Part shown: positions 1 through 14,849 of the stretch, in pieces
Layout: each line of letters starts with the position of its first letter
Numbering within the stretch: the stretch's first letter is position 1
Origin: Octopus sinensis
Taxonomy: Eukaryota
Direction of reading: 5' to 3'
Assembly: GCF_006345805.1 (NCBI RefSeq)
Contig: NC_043017.1
Span: forward strand, 26,536,001 to 26,600,000
Length of the DNA stretch: 64,000 nt
Notes under the pieces: model-generated
Seen by the model: the letters and a program-made list of their open reading frames with translations, nothing else
Databases searched by the model: none
Told to the model about the DNA's origin: nothing
Translations under genes and position numbers: made by a program

Positions 1-35
<35 letters not shown>

Positions 36-60
36 CATATATATACATACATATACATAT

Positions 61-114
<54 letters not shown>

Positions 115-332
115 CATACATACTTTATATTTATAGATATATATGCACATACATATATTTATATTTATACATATATATGCATATATACAAAATCTATATG
201 CGTATAAACATATTTATACATTCTACATATATGTACGTTTGTATACATATACACACACACGTACACATACGTCTACATATATATATATATATATATAATA
301 TATATATCCATACTTACATATACATGCATACA

Positions 333-379
<47 letters not shown>

Positions 380-412
380 TATAATACACGGACAGCAAAA
401 ATGAGTACTCAC

Positions 413-462
<50 letters not shown>

Positions 463-971
463 GTGTACATATGCATGAAGTTACGCATGCACATATACAC
501 ACATGCAGAGCTTCTTAATAATTCGTTCGAGGATTCATTTTCATATCAACAAATGTTCATTTCTTTCATTACGAAACACTGCCGTCGAAGAGACAGTAAA
601 ATTTCTTCTCTGCTGATTCTATTTCTGACATGGCTTGTTTGAAGAATCTTCCTATCTTTTATATCTTGTTTCTTCACACATCATTTACCTCCAACACCAC
701 GCCGTCACATTACATGTTCTACCATGTTCTCTTTCGTATTCTATTCAACTTTCTGTCTACGCTTCTTGGAATCATTAAATACGCTAATTATAAAGATACT
801 GAATTCATTAGAAATAACACGTCACGAAAAGAACTGGGCATTTGGGGAATATATCAATAGTCTGAGCCGAACCGAAAGCACGGCAAAATTCTAATTCTCA
901 TTTACGCATAAAGAGCTTATCTGCTTAAACATCATGTATATATATATATATATTTATATACACACACACAA

Positions 972-1003
<32 letters not shown>

Positions 1004-1058
1004 GTGCGTATATATGTGTATATATAGATATATATATATATGTATGTATATATATATA

Positions 1059-1105
<47 letters not shown>

Positions 1106-1208
1106 TACGCACATATATATATATACACATATATACGCACATATATATATATATATATATACATGCACATACACATATATGTGTATATATATATAATATA
1201 TATATACG

Positions 1209-1242
<34 letters not shown>

Positions 1243-1410
1243 GATATACATATACATGCGTATATTTATGTGTATGTGCGTTTGTGTGTACATATATTTA
1301 CATACATATGTAAATATATGAGTGTATCTATATTTATATACTCGCATAATATATATATATATATAAATGCATGAGTATAAATGTATATATATATATATAT
1401 ATATATACAC

Positions 1411-1447
<37 letters not shown>

Positions 1448-1530
1448 TGTGTGTTTTGTACGTGTATATGAATGTGCGTGCACGTGAAAATATGTATACA
1501 CACACTCACATATATGAATATTATATTCAT
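1..1530. repeat. (TA)n/(TACA)n compound microsatellites (1-480, 925-1530)
   Basis: Direct dinucleotide runs; they generate the I/Y-rich pseudo-ORFs in the track. Confidence 0.97.
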
Positions 1531-2285
1531 AAGCTTTCTCTTCTCTGCATTATACGAAACTATAAGAGAAATATTAATTATTAAGCAATTCGTGAAGAAT
1601 TACCCTGGAACTTCCAACTACCATCTACCATGTAGCATAATGACAGAAACGGAAAAAAGATGAAACGATCGAGCTATACAAAGACTCAAAGACAAAGAAA
1701 TACGCACGCCTAGAAGCGTGTACACGCATACATATCCACATGCCTTCACATACACAAGTACAAACACACACGCAATCACACATATACCGAGCTACAAAAT
1801 GAATCCGAGGGAGACAATCTTATAGGAACACATTAATTATTAAGTTGTGTATGAGAGCATAACTTTATTCTGTTATGAAAGATGCAAACGAAACGAAGCT
1901 ATTCAAAGGAACTAAGAAGTATTATCTAACATAAATATTCGTTTAGCTGAGAAAGTGACAGAATTACAATACTTGACGCCTAGAATAAGAGAATATTAGA
2001 ATAGCGCTTTGTTTTAAATATTTCATTTAATTCTTGATTCCCTGTTCATATTATACTTAAGTTAGATTCAAGTTTCTTCCTCACTGGTAGCAAAACAACA
2101 TCAACGTTCGACATGGTAACATCGTCATTAATATTGTGAATGTATATTTATTTTATTGTTGGTTATATTCAATTATTTGTTGTAGATATTCTGTGTTAAA
2201 CGTGTGACGGGTGTTTATTTACATAACTGAAAAATGTCCAAAGTAGTGTATAAAATTCTGTGACAGGAAAGAAAAAGTGCGTGAT

Positions 2286-2685
2286 TCTCTTTACTCTTTT
2301 ACTTGTTACAGTCATTTGACTGCGGCCATGCTGGAGCACCGCCTTTAGTCGAGCAGATCGACCCCGGGACTTATACTTTGTAAGCCCAGTACTTATTCTA
2401 TCGGTCTCTTTTGCCGAACAGCTAAGTGACGGGGACGTAAACACACCAGCATCGGTTGTCAAGCAATGCTAGGGGGACAAACACAGACACACAAATATAT
2501 ACACACACATACATATATACATATATACGACAGGCTTCTTTCAGTTTCCGTCTACCAAATCCACTCACAAGGCTTTGGTCGACCTGGGGCTATAGCAGAA
2601 GACACTTGCCCGAGATGCCACGCAGTGGGACTGAACCCGGAACCATGTGGTTGCTAAGCAAGCAACTTACCACACAGCCACTCCT
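2286..2685 (-). mobile_element. tRNA-derived SINE, family A, near full length
   Basis: Minus strand reads aggagtggctgtgtggtaag (A-box-like) ... ccgggttcagtccc (B-box-like), an internal CA/TA microsatellite and an (aaaagagt)-type tail; same sequence recurs at 6789, 17857, 40750, 48915, 56613. Confidence 0.88.
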
Positions 2686-2751
2686 TGAAAACATGGAGAA
2701 TATAACTGAGACAGGCTATACTCCACCAACGTATCCCAAGTTCTAGTAGGT

Positions 2752-3056
2752 GTGTAGGCACATGGCCTTGTGGTTAGAGCAGCGGACTCGCAATTGAGGG
2801 ATCGCGGGTTCGGATTCAGATCGGGCGATATGTGTGTTTATGAGAAAAACACCTAAGATCCACGCGGCTCCAGCGGAAGGTAATGGCGAACTTCTGCTGC
2901 CTCTTTCGCCACAACTTTCTCTCACTCTTTCCTCCTGCATCTTGCAGCTCACCTACGACGGACCAGCGTCCTGTCCAGGTGGGGAACCTATACGCAAAGG
3001 AAACCGAGAAACCGGCCCTTATGAGCCAGGCATGGCTTGAGCAGAAACAAACAAAA
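2752..3056 (+). mobile_element. tRNA-derived SINE, family C, with 14-bp TSD
   Basis: Head ggcacatggccttgtggttagagcagcggactc...gggttcggattc; A-rich tail; direct repeat aagttctagtaggt at 2738-2751 and 3057-3070. Confidence 0.88.
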
Positions 3057-3562
3057 AAGTTCTAGTAGGTACTCTCACTGAAAATATGCAAGGATGGATG
3101 CCCAATACTAATAGCCAGACTTTCTGCCACCAAATTTAATTCAACTTAAGAAATTGTTCGATGGTACTTGTTTGTACGATATAGTGAAAATCACGCAATT
3201 TCAAATAAAATATCATTTTGGAATGACTAATTGGGAATTACCAAACGGTGATTGCATATATACTTGTTTTCCTTTTCTACATGTATAACATTTAAACTGA
3301 TTTCATATAATGAAAGGTGTGGTTGAAAACAAGGAAAACATATCCGAAACAGGTTAATCTCCGCCAAAGTACACCAAGGTCTAGTAGATACTTTACCTTA
3401 AGCAATGCAATGAAGGATAGCCAGTGTTAATAAACACGTTCATTCCTCCGGTTACCACACTTAAGTCAAACATATTTCGTTTTACATGAGAATAAGTCAA
3501 AAGAAATTATTCGACGGTACACGGTTCACCGATAGGCTGAAAATCACGAACTTTGAAATAAA

Positions 3563-3700
3563 ATATTACATTATTTACATAATTTACATTTGACGGATTT
3601 TTGTCCTCATCTGGTTTGTTGTTAACAGAACGTTTCGGCTGATATACCCACCAGCCTTCGTTAGGTGTCTTGGAGAAGTTTCGAACCTGGGTTTCTAATG
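3563..3700 (-). repeat. HHR cassette family 1, degenerate copy (core CUAACGA)
   Basis: Aligns by eye with 36240-36400, 36510-36680 and 51460-51637; hammerhead fold at 3624-3669 with G5>A. Confidence 0.75.
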
Positions 3701-4104
3701 AACTTTTTTCTATTGATCAATGAGTTCATGATATTGCCATAAAACATTGTTTTCTTCAGAATACATATATTTTACAATCAAGGACATTTAAAATGATTAA
3801 AAATACACGGCGCAAACATATACAGAGATGCCACGACTGGCTCTTGCTGAAGAATGAGTTTACCCCAAAAGAATGTACATTCAAGTGGAATAGTGGGAGG
3901 GAGTAAGACTATGACGATTTACCCGAATGCCATTCTGCCAGTCCAAGAATAATTAGATTCATATTCATATATAATTGTTGTGTGTGCATTATGATAACTA
4001 ACATTCTTGATACCTATGTGATTTTTTTGCTAACATGGTAACTATTTACTAATTTTGTTCCGTGTTATTTGTACACCTAGAAAGAGTACAAACACACACA
4101 CATA

Positions 4105-5342
4105 TTCACAGATTAAACAAAATAATGGAAACACTTTAAAATTTCAAAGAAATTCATTTTAATATGGGAGAGGACCAACTTTGACAATAATTACAGCTTG
4201 AATTCTATGAGGTACAAAGTTTTAATTGCTTTCAAAATAAGTTTCGTCCAATCTTCAGCTAAAACAGTCTCCAGTTCTTGTAGTGATGATGGTGGAGGAT
4301 ATCGGCTCCTAACTTGTTTTTCGACAATGCACCATAAATATTGAGATCTGGTGACTGCCGTGGCCAGAAAAGAAATATTTTAAACTTCCCTAGATTGTGG
4401 CTCGTGCCACTCAGCAACAACTTTGTGAATTGCTGCATTAAATGAAAGATTGAGTTTGCCCCCGGAAAGACTTCCGCATCCATAGGATGAATTTGTTAAG
4501 ATAAAATGCTTAAATAGTTATGAATATTAAGTTTGATTCGAAGTGAAACTATTGGGCCAGAGGATTTCCAAGAAATAGCACCATCCTCCTCAATGTTTAA
4601 CAGTTGGAAGAAGGCAGTCTGGGCCAAATGCTTGTTTTGGCGGTCTCCTCAAGTTTACTCGGCAAGTGGTCGGCAATAAGGTAAACGATGACTCGGCCGA
4701 GCAAATAACATTCTTCCACTGCTCTAGGGACCAATTCTGTAAATTTTTCACCCCACCCTAACCGCTTTGCAATGTTTGTTTTTAAAAGCAGTGTTTTTCT
4801 GCTTCCAGCCCGACCGTAACATCGGGCTTGTGCAGCTCTCGGCGAACAGGTTTTATAGAAACTGGGTTCACAAGGAGGTCATTAAGCTTTGCAGTAATTT
4901 CGAAAGCTGTACTTTTGTGGTCCTTTCTAACAATTCATGAAAGAGTCCGATGGTCCCTATCTCAAGGTTTTGGTTTTCTTCTAGAGTTTTATTTCGACGA
5001 GGAGGTTTTCCCCTCTTTCTCAAAGGCTGTGATTACTTCTGAGGCGGTACTTCTTGATACACCTAACATTTCGGCTGCTCTCATTATGCTAGTGCCTGCC
5101 ATACGAACACCAACAATTTGACCTCTTTGAAAGTCAGATAGATCGGTTCATTACAATGAATTTAAATTACCTTTTTCTGATGACATCTGAAAAGAAACAG
5201 CAATTATAGCAAAACATATTAAGCAACACTAATAATAAACTAAAAAACATAAAAATACACAAGCTTTTGACGGTTTTATAGATATTCCAAAACAATGATG
5301 TTATGATGCGAGGTGTTTCCATTATTTTGTCCAACCCTTGTA
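4105..5342 (-). mobile_element. Tc1-like DNA transposon, decayed and internally deleted
   Basis: TIR core caaaataatggaaacac at 4118-4134 inverted at 5313-5329, ending in TA; minus strand encodes DLSDFQRGQIVG..AAEMLGVSRST (paired-like HTH) and WPRQSPDLN (Tc1 motif), with stops. Confidence 0.9.
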
Positions 5343-6000
5343 TATATATATATAATACACAAAGAAGCATACACTTGAATAGATATATGGGAATGTTTTT
5401 TGTCGTAAAGTATAATCATCCTTTTTTCTATACCCATCGATATTGTATCTCTCTAACCATTTATATATTGTGTGTCTATGCACATATGTGTCGGTGGTGA
5501 GTCTAAGTGAATATATGTGTTCAAATACACACCATTACAAAACACATCATTGGAATAGGCTTAAACATTTCTCTAGAAATTCAATATACTCTAACTGTTT
5601 TCTATTGTTCGGTGAACAATGGAATGACACACAAACACCTGCTAAGGAAATTGCAAGAACGACAATAACAACTACAATAACAATAACAGTAACGATAACA
5701 AACATTAAGTTTGAATGGAAATTCTAATTGTTGTTGAGACTATTTGAAAATTTCATCAAAACTATGGAAGAAAAAAAAAACAGTAAAGAGAAATTTAAAA
5801 TAGATGCATATTAAAATGGACGCATATGAGAGAAAAAATGAGCATAAAACGTACTGAATAAATTGCCTCCTTGTTCGGATCGTGCATAGGAACACGTACA
5901 AACGCACAGCGCACTCGCATATGTAAACATTTATTTAAATATGGTTGCGTGTATGAAATACTCTCTCCCTCCGCCTGTCTCTCTACTTATTTCTCCCTCT

Positions 6001-6035
<35 letters not shown>

Positions 6036-6278
6036 CATACACACACATATATATATATATATTGTGTGTGTATATATATATATATGCATGCATAATGATT
6101 CACACATACACGCATGCGCACAGATAAACACACAGACACACATATGTATGTATGCATGTATATATAATATCTCTGTATATCTTTACATTGATGCATGTAC
6201 ATCCACAGACACACTTAAAAGTATTTCAGCTCACGTATTCCCCCCCCCCCCGTCTAGTTACCTATGTACACAATCCAT

Positions 6279-6327
<49 letters not shown>

Positions 6328-6361
6328 TACGTATATATATATATATATATATATACGTATA

Positions 6362-6401
<40 letters not shown>

Positions 6402-6788
6402 GCAAGGAACACACTTTATGCGACTTCTTAGGCTTGTCCCACATTTTAATTAAGTCGGACAATTGAAAATTTACTACCTGATTCCATTTTTTTCTCTCTC
6501 GAAAGGTTTGCCATTGTATAGCGGATGGAGCTGCATCAAATAAGAATGTAAACTGCTTCCTCGTAGAAATTGCCAAAGTAGCGTCGCTACATCTAAATAT
6601 ATACACGTTTTTTACTTTAATTAAATATGATGCGCATATGGAAAATTTTCTCTGCATGCTGTCCGTCGCTAAGCTTAAGAATCATGAACGTGGTTGCAGA
6701 GAATATCTAGGTGCATGCGGACTTATGTTTTAATTTCATTATCCGCCACGTTATTTTTCCGCTGAAATGTTTGCGTTCGTCTATTCGA

Positions 6789-6999
6789 TTACTCTTTTAC
6801 TCTTTTACTTTTTTCAGTCATTTGACTGCGGCCATGCTGGAGCACCGCCTTTAGTCGATCAAATCGTCCCCGGAACTTATTCTTTGTAAGCCCAGTACTT
6901 ATTCTATCGGTCTCTTTTGCCGAACCGCTAAGTGGCGGGGACGTAGACACACCAGCATCGGTTGTCAAGCAATGCTAGGGTGACAAACACAGACACACA
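6789..6999 (-). mobile_element. SINE family A, 3' half
   Basis: High similarity to 2286-2490. Confidence 0.85.
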
Positions 7000-9900
7000 T
7001 GATTCTGTCACTTTCATTTTCAAACGGTCGTTTTCAAACTGCCCTTATAGAAGCAAGTACGTTTTTTTTTTTTTTTCAATTTCAAATATATTTATATGTG
7101 CGTGTGGAATTTTCTTTAGAGGGGGACCTAATTTCCAGCTTATGTATAGACACTGGAATAAAGAACATCTACCCCAGTTTTCCCAATTTTCATACGTTGT
7201 TGTCTGAAATAGCGAAAATTCGTTTTTGTGAGGTACAGATGAATAAATACGTGAAAGTTTTTATGAGGAATGGTGAAATATGCTCAACACAGTAAAAGTA
7301 TGTTTACAAAACCGCTGTTAGCTTCTAAAACAAAAATTCCACCTTTATAACATATCTTTACGCATTTACTCACGGGGTGCAGACAGGCTCACAACAACTC
7401 CATCTCTTTGAATTTCAAGAACGGTTGTAACCTATCTTGCTCTTGTAGGTGCCCTATAGTCATTTCTTAATTTTGTTTTCTAGCCATTGATCTTATTGCG
7501 TCCCTATTTTCTTCTTTAAAAACAGCAAAACCGGTGCATTCAATTAGCTAATCTTGTAAGCATTGCGTCTGATTAGTATATTTGGGAATCTATTTGAAAG
7601 TTATAACCCATTTCAATCTACAATGATTTAATATATTAGTGAGAAAGGTTTTCTCTGCCACTGGTCATCTGGCTCCATTCAAGACCTCACGATATTAACA
7701 CAAACTATTTTGAATATATGAATATATGAAATTTGCATTATATTTTGCACATTAGCAATTCTACATGATTAATATTCAGAAGTTGGTTTCATGTAATTGA
7801 GGGTAAAGACAATGTAGATGAGTTTTAGACCATGGAAAAAATAAAGCATGATGCCTCAAGCTGGCCTAAGCAAAGGTGTTCTTTAGATAACTAGTGTAAT
7901 TTATGAAAGATTGTTTTATCGGGCAACAATCTTAATATGTTTGCCATTGAGTCATTGTATGTCTGTGTGTAGCAACGACGAGACACATCCGGAATCGGGC
8001 TCAGTATTCCGTTGTATAACATAGGATCAGTAAAATATCGGTAACCAAAACTATTTGAGCTGTTCTTTCATCAGACTCAGACAAAATACGTTTGTGCCTG
8101 TGGGTACACTTTGAGCTATGTCTTTAATGTAATACTACCTGGGAACTTTGTCAAAGGATGTAACGCTTATCAATTGAAATTAAACAAAGTCCATGCAGAC
8201 CTTATCATCGGTACCTCCAAGAATGGTTTCTACCAAGATTAACTGTGGCGTTCAAGACCAACAAAATATACAACGAGAAATCTTGCTCCTTCTTTTACAA
8301 ACTGCAGGTAAACTTAATCCACAAACCACTCCTTTGCAAATAAATTTTGCCTTTATGAATGTAAATCTCGGTAAATTATATGCTTGACCGATGACTGGTG
8401 ATTAGATTCCAAACAATTGCGGTAATACAAAATTGCTAGGTAGATACAGAAATGGCATTGCAAGTAATGAATGGTATATTTCTATAGATTAGTATAATTT
8501 GTAGATTATAATTTGTAAATTTTACTTTCAGTCGTAGTCAGGGATATCGAGCTTACGTGTCTCTGTTTCTCTCCCTTCCACAAAATATTGTAAATACGAA
8601 ATTGTTGCAGAGACAGTCTGTTGGTACACAAACTGGCCGACGGTTACATATTATACTCGAAATGTATGCTACTGAATAGTTGAGTAATTTAAAAGAAACA
8701 ATTTTCTCATCTATCTCTTATATATAAAACTGTGTGAAGACTCTTCAAACCAAAACGAGTAAAATATTTTTTTTATATAAGCTATTGTATTCTTGACTAA
8801 TCAAAACAAATCTACAATTCTTCTAGTTTTAATTCATCAAGATGTTTACAGAATCAAAATAAAAACGAGAACAGTAATAACGAAATTAAAATAATGATTA
8901 AAAAAAACCCCAGAATACATCGACAGGAAGAACAAACCTAAACGATATCAACAGCTGTAAAAACCATTGCAAGATAGCTTGGTATTGTTAAACTCAGTAT
9001 GTTAAGAACTCGATTCTGCACCACTTTCTATTTGCCAATCAGATTTCTAGTAATTCCATGCTGCAAGTAAACGGCTTCATATCTCTTTTGTCCACAATCT
9101 TTATTCTACAACTTCCATTTTTCACTTGAAAACGCACTACTAAAAGATTGCCGAGATATGTATAATTAGATTTACAATTTTTGTTTTATTTAATTTTCTA
9201 TGGCGGTAGTTTGCTTGATGGATTCATAGATTTAATGTTGTTGATATTTTGTTTATATTTTTAGTTTGTTATCGTTGCATTTAATTTCTTTATGTGGCGT
9301 GTGTTCTCGAGAAGTCTTTAGAATTAATGAAGACATTTCATTAAAATGATGCCACATGCAATTTATTTTCAATTCAATATATAATTCTATAATTAGAAAT
9401 GACAGAAAAATGAATTAATTTTGAAAGAACATACAAATTTATGAAGAAAATCACAATCCTAATACAATTATAAAATAGAAAACAAAAATAATAATAGCTG
9501 AAAAGTTTTCAACGTAATACGATGAGTAAAATAAATAAAAAATAAATTCTAAAATATAGGATCATTATTAGCATTATTTGGTCATTTTATTAATATTTTA
9601 GTTTCGTTGTTCTGTTTGATTTTCTTAATTAATAAAGAATGGTCAAACATTTGAAACTGTATTTTACTTGTTATCATATACTGTCTTAGTTTCAAATAAA
9701 GCAAGGTACCTCACTGTATGATAAAGGTCCCACTATTCTATCAATCTTATATGAATCAATGGCAGAACAACTTTAGATTCATTGCCACGTGACTGAAGCA
9801 TACATTAGTAGATGAAGAAAATTCTAAAGGAGCCGTTATTACTTATTTATATATCTACATCTATTTTTTCATTATTAATTGCTATGAAGTTGAATTAAAA

Positions 9901-10042
9901 ATTATATAAACTTGAAGTAGGTAAAAATAAAACAAAATCACAAAGCAACGCAAAGTTTGGATATATGTGCATATATATATATATATATATATAATATATA
10001 TATATATTATATATATTATATATATATATATTATATATATAT

Positions 10043-10101
<59 letters not shown>

Positions 10102-11696
10102 TAAACGCACCTTTATATCTATCTATCTCTCCATTAACTCTTCAAGCAATAATAAAATTTCTGTTAGCATCTTAAATGCATCAAGCATAAAGATAACCCG
10201 GAAAATATATATATTTTGAGAAAAAAAAAATTTGGTTTTGATTCATAAAATATAATTCTAAGTAAATCTTTTGCTACTTCTTTTTACTGTTATTTTGGTT
10301 GTTAAGCAACATCTTATCTTGAGTTTAGCAGAACACCGGTAAAATTACTTAATGCTTTTACAAAGATGTATATGATTCTTTTATATAGTTCTTGAACGAA
10401 TATATGCAAAATAGCTCTAGTTTCGCATAGTTCCTGTAACTGTTAACTAAAATGCAGAGATTGACAGCTTGTGTCTCTGGGATTGGTCAAACTAATGTTG
10501 GCGTCTCTTTGAGAATCGACTAAGATTCGGAAGTCGATTAAGACTGTTCATTGTTTTTTCCCCTCTACGGTGGAAGGGCTGAATTAGCCCTCATTTTATA
10601 GGAATTATTTCGGTTTTATATATTAATATCATACCTTGATATTGTGCGTAAAGTGATCCCCGTTGACATATTCTTGATTTTTAAAATGGCGTGTTAACAC
10701 TTAAGTTATACAAATTGGTAACTCCAGTTTGCTGTTGCTACTGAATTTGTTGATTATATGAAAGAGATTGGTCGTTTGTTTCTCATAGTTTTGTTATATT
10801 TATGTAGACGCCTCTGGTGAGAATCCAACGAGATTGGAAAATCGATTAAGATTCCTCATTGTTTTTCTATTTACAAAGGAACAGCTTAATAACCACGCTT
10901 TATGTAGATATTATTTTGACATCATGTATAGTCATACATCATCATATACGAAAAGGGAACAATAATAAATATGCTGAGATGAAATTAATTAGGTAGCGTT
11001 ATTTTAAACAATGTCTCATTGTTTTAGAATGGACAACGTAAGTCTTCGAAAATTTACTTGGCATATAATGAGAAATGCCCATATTAATTGCTGTCTCCGC
11101 TCAACATTGGTGAGCAAGCTCATTCTCTCTTACCTACGCACGCACATATTGAGTCACGCAAGCACGCATACATACATATATAGCCATTTACACACAGTAT
11201 TTCGAATAATAATTGCTTTTATACCGACGTAATCGTAAATATGACGCAAATACTAAAAGCGGGTTCCTTGTCCCCTATTTCTTTGGAGATGGGAAGAGAA
11301 TTTCCATTAGATATAATAAGGATATATTAATGAAACGGTGCTTTGAAATGTCACTGAGATTTGGAGATAGTTTTTTGTAAAAGAAAGCAATCAAGTAAAT
11401 GTTCCAAAGTTTGCTCGCAAAACTGTCCACGTAAATTTGTTCGAAGGTCGAGTTGTGAAAAAGTATTACCTTTGTATGGTATTTATTCCCATGCTGGCCA
11501 CTTGATAATATCGATGTTTAAATATCGATTTTATCCTTATTTATCAATTTATATAATTCGTCACTATATTCCCTGCGGTGTTTATTTTGACCATATCGCG
11601 CTTACGAGGTGGTTGGTGGGCAATTTAAATCTGGCCTTGTACATACGTGCATATATATGTATGTTTGGACGTTCGTATATGTAAGTATAACGTGTG

Positions 11697-11746
<50 letters not shown>

Positions 11747-11791
11747 TATATATATATTATATATATATGTATTTATGTGCTAATGTGGTAT

Positions 11792-11850
11792 ATTCAACTG
11801 ACGAAAACTGAGCTTATTTGGAGCAAAGCTAGAAATCCAGGATATTGAAT
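11792..11850 (+). ncRNA. Degenerate type-I hammerhead-like motif (family 5)
   Basis: AUUCAA-CUGACGA...GAAA-UCCAGG-AUA-UUGAAU: 6-bp helix I, core boxes present, helix II irregular. Confidence 0.4.
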
Positions 11851-12862
11851 TATTCAGTAATACTATTTTTGCTAGTTTATTTTGTCTCTCTGTCTTATCT
11901 CATGGTGCGATATGAACATTTTAGGTGGGTTTTAGAGTCAGGGTTTGACTGCTATTTCGGCATGACGGTGTCTCTCAGATAGCCTTATTTTAGTTGTTTA
12001 TCATAAATGTACAAGAATCTTTTGTTTACTCTATTGACTGCAAAATCGTGTTTGTATTTTCAGATCAATCATTTGAAAAATGCCAGGCCACGTGTGATCT
12101 TGTAATACAACTGAACAATGTAATTCTGCTTTCAAATGCAGATGCAAACCAAACATGATTACTCTGTTGTTTGTGAGCCATTAATCAATGTTCCGTCAGA
12201 ATAAATATTTCATAGCCACATTTTCACGTGCGTGTATTGTTCACTGTCAAGACGGAAGTGCGTTATTTCAAGGAAACTGCTGGAATATACATCACGTCAT
12301 ATTCAAATGTAATGTGTTTTACAATGGATCTACGTGTATTATGGCATGAACGGTTCTCGATCTCATAATATTTCTTCACTTGAGACGAACACTCATCTTG
12401 TAATATGGAGACTTTTCTATACTCGTCCACATTACAAACCCAATGTCTATGCACTTTGTGTCCCAACTCAGTTACATTCTGAAACTATACAAGTTTCCTA
12501 CCAATGTGTAACAAAAGATATATGGCACATTATCCACATTGAATATTCTACATGTACTGCTCAGACTTGGATTAATGTATCAACGAAACTTATAGAGTAT
12601 ATGTTTATGTAAATATTTCAGGCTAATACTGCATAATTTTTCCTGTTTTGATTTTGTTAGACTTATTAAGAGACAATTGGATTGTTTAAATTATGTATAC
12701 ATTCAATATATGTTAAACATATATACAAATGAAGGTCTTCATGGCTTACTAACACAAATACTGTGTTCTATAAATGAAAACTAAAACGATATAGAAAAAT
12801 GTAAAAGGTCTTCGAACGATAGGTGTTCGAGTAATCCTTCCGTGGTACGAATTTATTATTAT

Positions 12863-13420
12863 TATTGGGTTTTCTGGAAAGTTCGTGTCGATATATAGTA
12901 GCTTACCTTTCGACTTATTTTAGAACGTGGTTGAGTCCATAAAATATGATTTCACTGCACCTCCATTTTAAGCTATCTTTTTGTGGAAGAAGATTTATGT
13001 TCCTATAGCCTGTGTTAATTCTGTAACCCTTTAAAATGGAAGATAAAAAAGTTCATTTTTGGCACTTGATACTTTCGGAACCAGACAAAAATTGCTGCAG
13101 CTCGGCTGGGATGTGTTACCCCACCCTCCATATTCACCATATATTGCTCCTTCGGATTTCCACTTATTCAGGTCTCTGCAGAATAGTCTTAATTGTAAAA
13201 AATTCAATTCCTTGGATGACGTAAAAAGATACCTTGATGGATCCTTTGCCATGAAGCCATCTCAATTCTGGGAAGAGGGTATATTCGAGTTAAAGGAAAT
13301 AGGAGACGCATTGTGCAACAAAATGTTTCATATTTGGTTGATTAAAAATCTAGTGGTAAGTATTTGTTGACCTTTTTCTTTCCTTTAAAAATCGGCACGA
13401 ACATTCCGGATAACCTGATA
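12863..13420 (+). mobile_element. mariner element, internally deleted, both TIRs present
   Basis: 30-bp ends (including TA) match at 24/30 as inverted repeats; ORF 13059-13370 has LGWDVLPHPPYSPYIAPSDFHLF (mariner YSPDLAPxD motif). Confidence 0.92.
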
Positions 13421-14800
13421 TGAAGTTGCTTATCATTTTCGATAAACAGATCTGGTGTCAAATAGATTCCACCAATAACCGTATTGTCAAGTTCATCACA
13501 GACAGGTAATCGAGAAATATGACGTTCAAATTGCAATTATTTTTCATTTAGGTATCACCTGATGATTTGAATGAGATATGGCTGGTGTACTTAAGATGTT
13601 GCCTGAACCATTTCAACGGTTCCTTACTGTTTCGGTAAAAGGAGCACAAATCATAAGAAATTTACTGTCACTAATACGTCTCTGTAAATGAAATAGAGTA
13701 ATTCGCACCAATTAGATACTAACATCTTCATATCTCGGCTCAGCAGCCAATTATTTAAAATAAACTCAACTAATAATTATAAACTTGGTAAGATTTCATA
13801 TATACTTCAGGCATATTCGAACATTTCAGCAAGCAATTCATTATATTTTGTCGTGCAAAAACATACCCGTTGTAGAATATAGGGTATGAATACACCGTGT
13901 CAACTTTCAGAGTTACCTAACCGGACTGTGAGATGCATGCATTCCGGAGTGTTTATCTCCTCCTCATATACAGATATCGAAAGGATAGTCACGACAGACA
14001 GGTCCCTCTTATGAAATTACCGTAGTCAGTCAATGATTAATTGTGCTCATCAGTGGCTCAGAGTAATATAAATACTGGCTCTAAGCCCTAAACAATGATG
14101 TAGCAATATACTAACTTGTTAACATTCCAAATACGCTTGAGACATACTGGAACCACTAAGAAAGCGATTCGCCGTATTTTGTCATGCATTTGATACGAGC
14201 AAATATTCTGAGTTGTCCCTCAGCGGCGGCCAATCGGATTGCACGATGCATATATGACGGATCAATTCCTTCTTAGTCAATGAATAGTCTGGACAGAGCC
14301 ATAAAATATTATGCCTAACGAATCCCATATTCTGAGGAGGAATATTTCAGATTATATTTACTCTATTAAAAACGTTAACATGCACATGAATTTTTCCCTC
14401 TAAAACCGAACACATGTTTGCGAGGTTCAATATGTTGTGTATACAAGAATTTATCTACATTGTGTCATGACGCTGAACGCTGAAATCTCTTCGTTTTATA
14501 TATATATTATACCTATATATATATATATATATTATATTATATTATAATATATACATAGATATATACATAGATATATATATACATATGTTACATATATATA
14601 TGTAATATATACATATATATATATATTATATATATATCCATATGAGTTAGTAATTAATATATATATATATAATTATATTATATATGTGATTGAATTGATA
14701 TACGTATATTATATATATTCATATATATATGCAATTATATATGAATGTACACGTTTATTAATATACATACATATATATATATAATATATATAATATATAT

Positions 14801-14849
<49 letters not shown>

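Noticed and set aside
8160-8340. Possible exon (PYHRYLQEWFLPRLTVAFKTNKIYNEKSCSFFYKLQ ending at a CAG|GTAAAC donor)
   Set aside because: No convincing acceptor and no recognisable homology; all three frames look equally plausible. Needs RNA-seq or BLASTX.
12050-12110. Acceptor-like gtattttcag followed by QSFEKCQATCDL (ShK-like cysteine spacing)
   Set aside because: Too short and no partner exons identified; compatible with chance.
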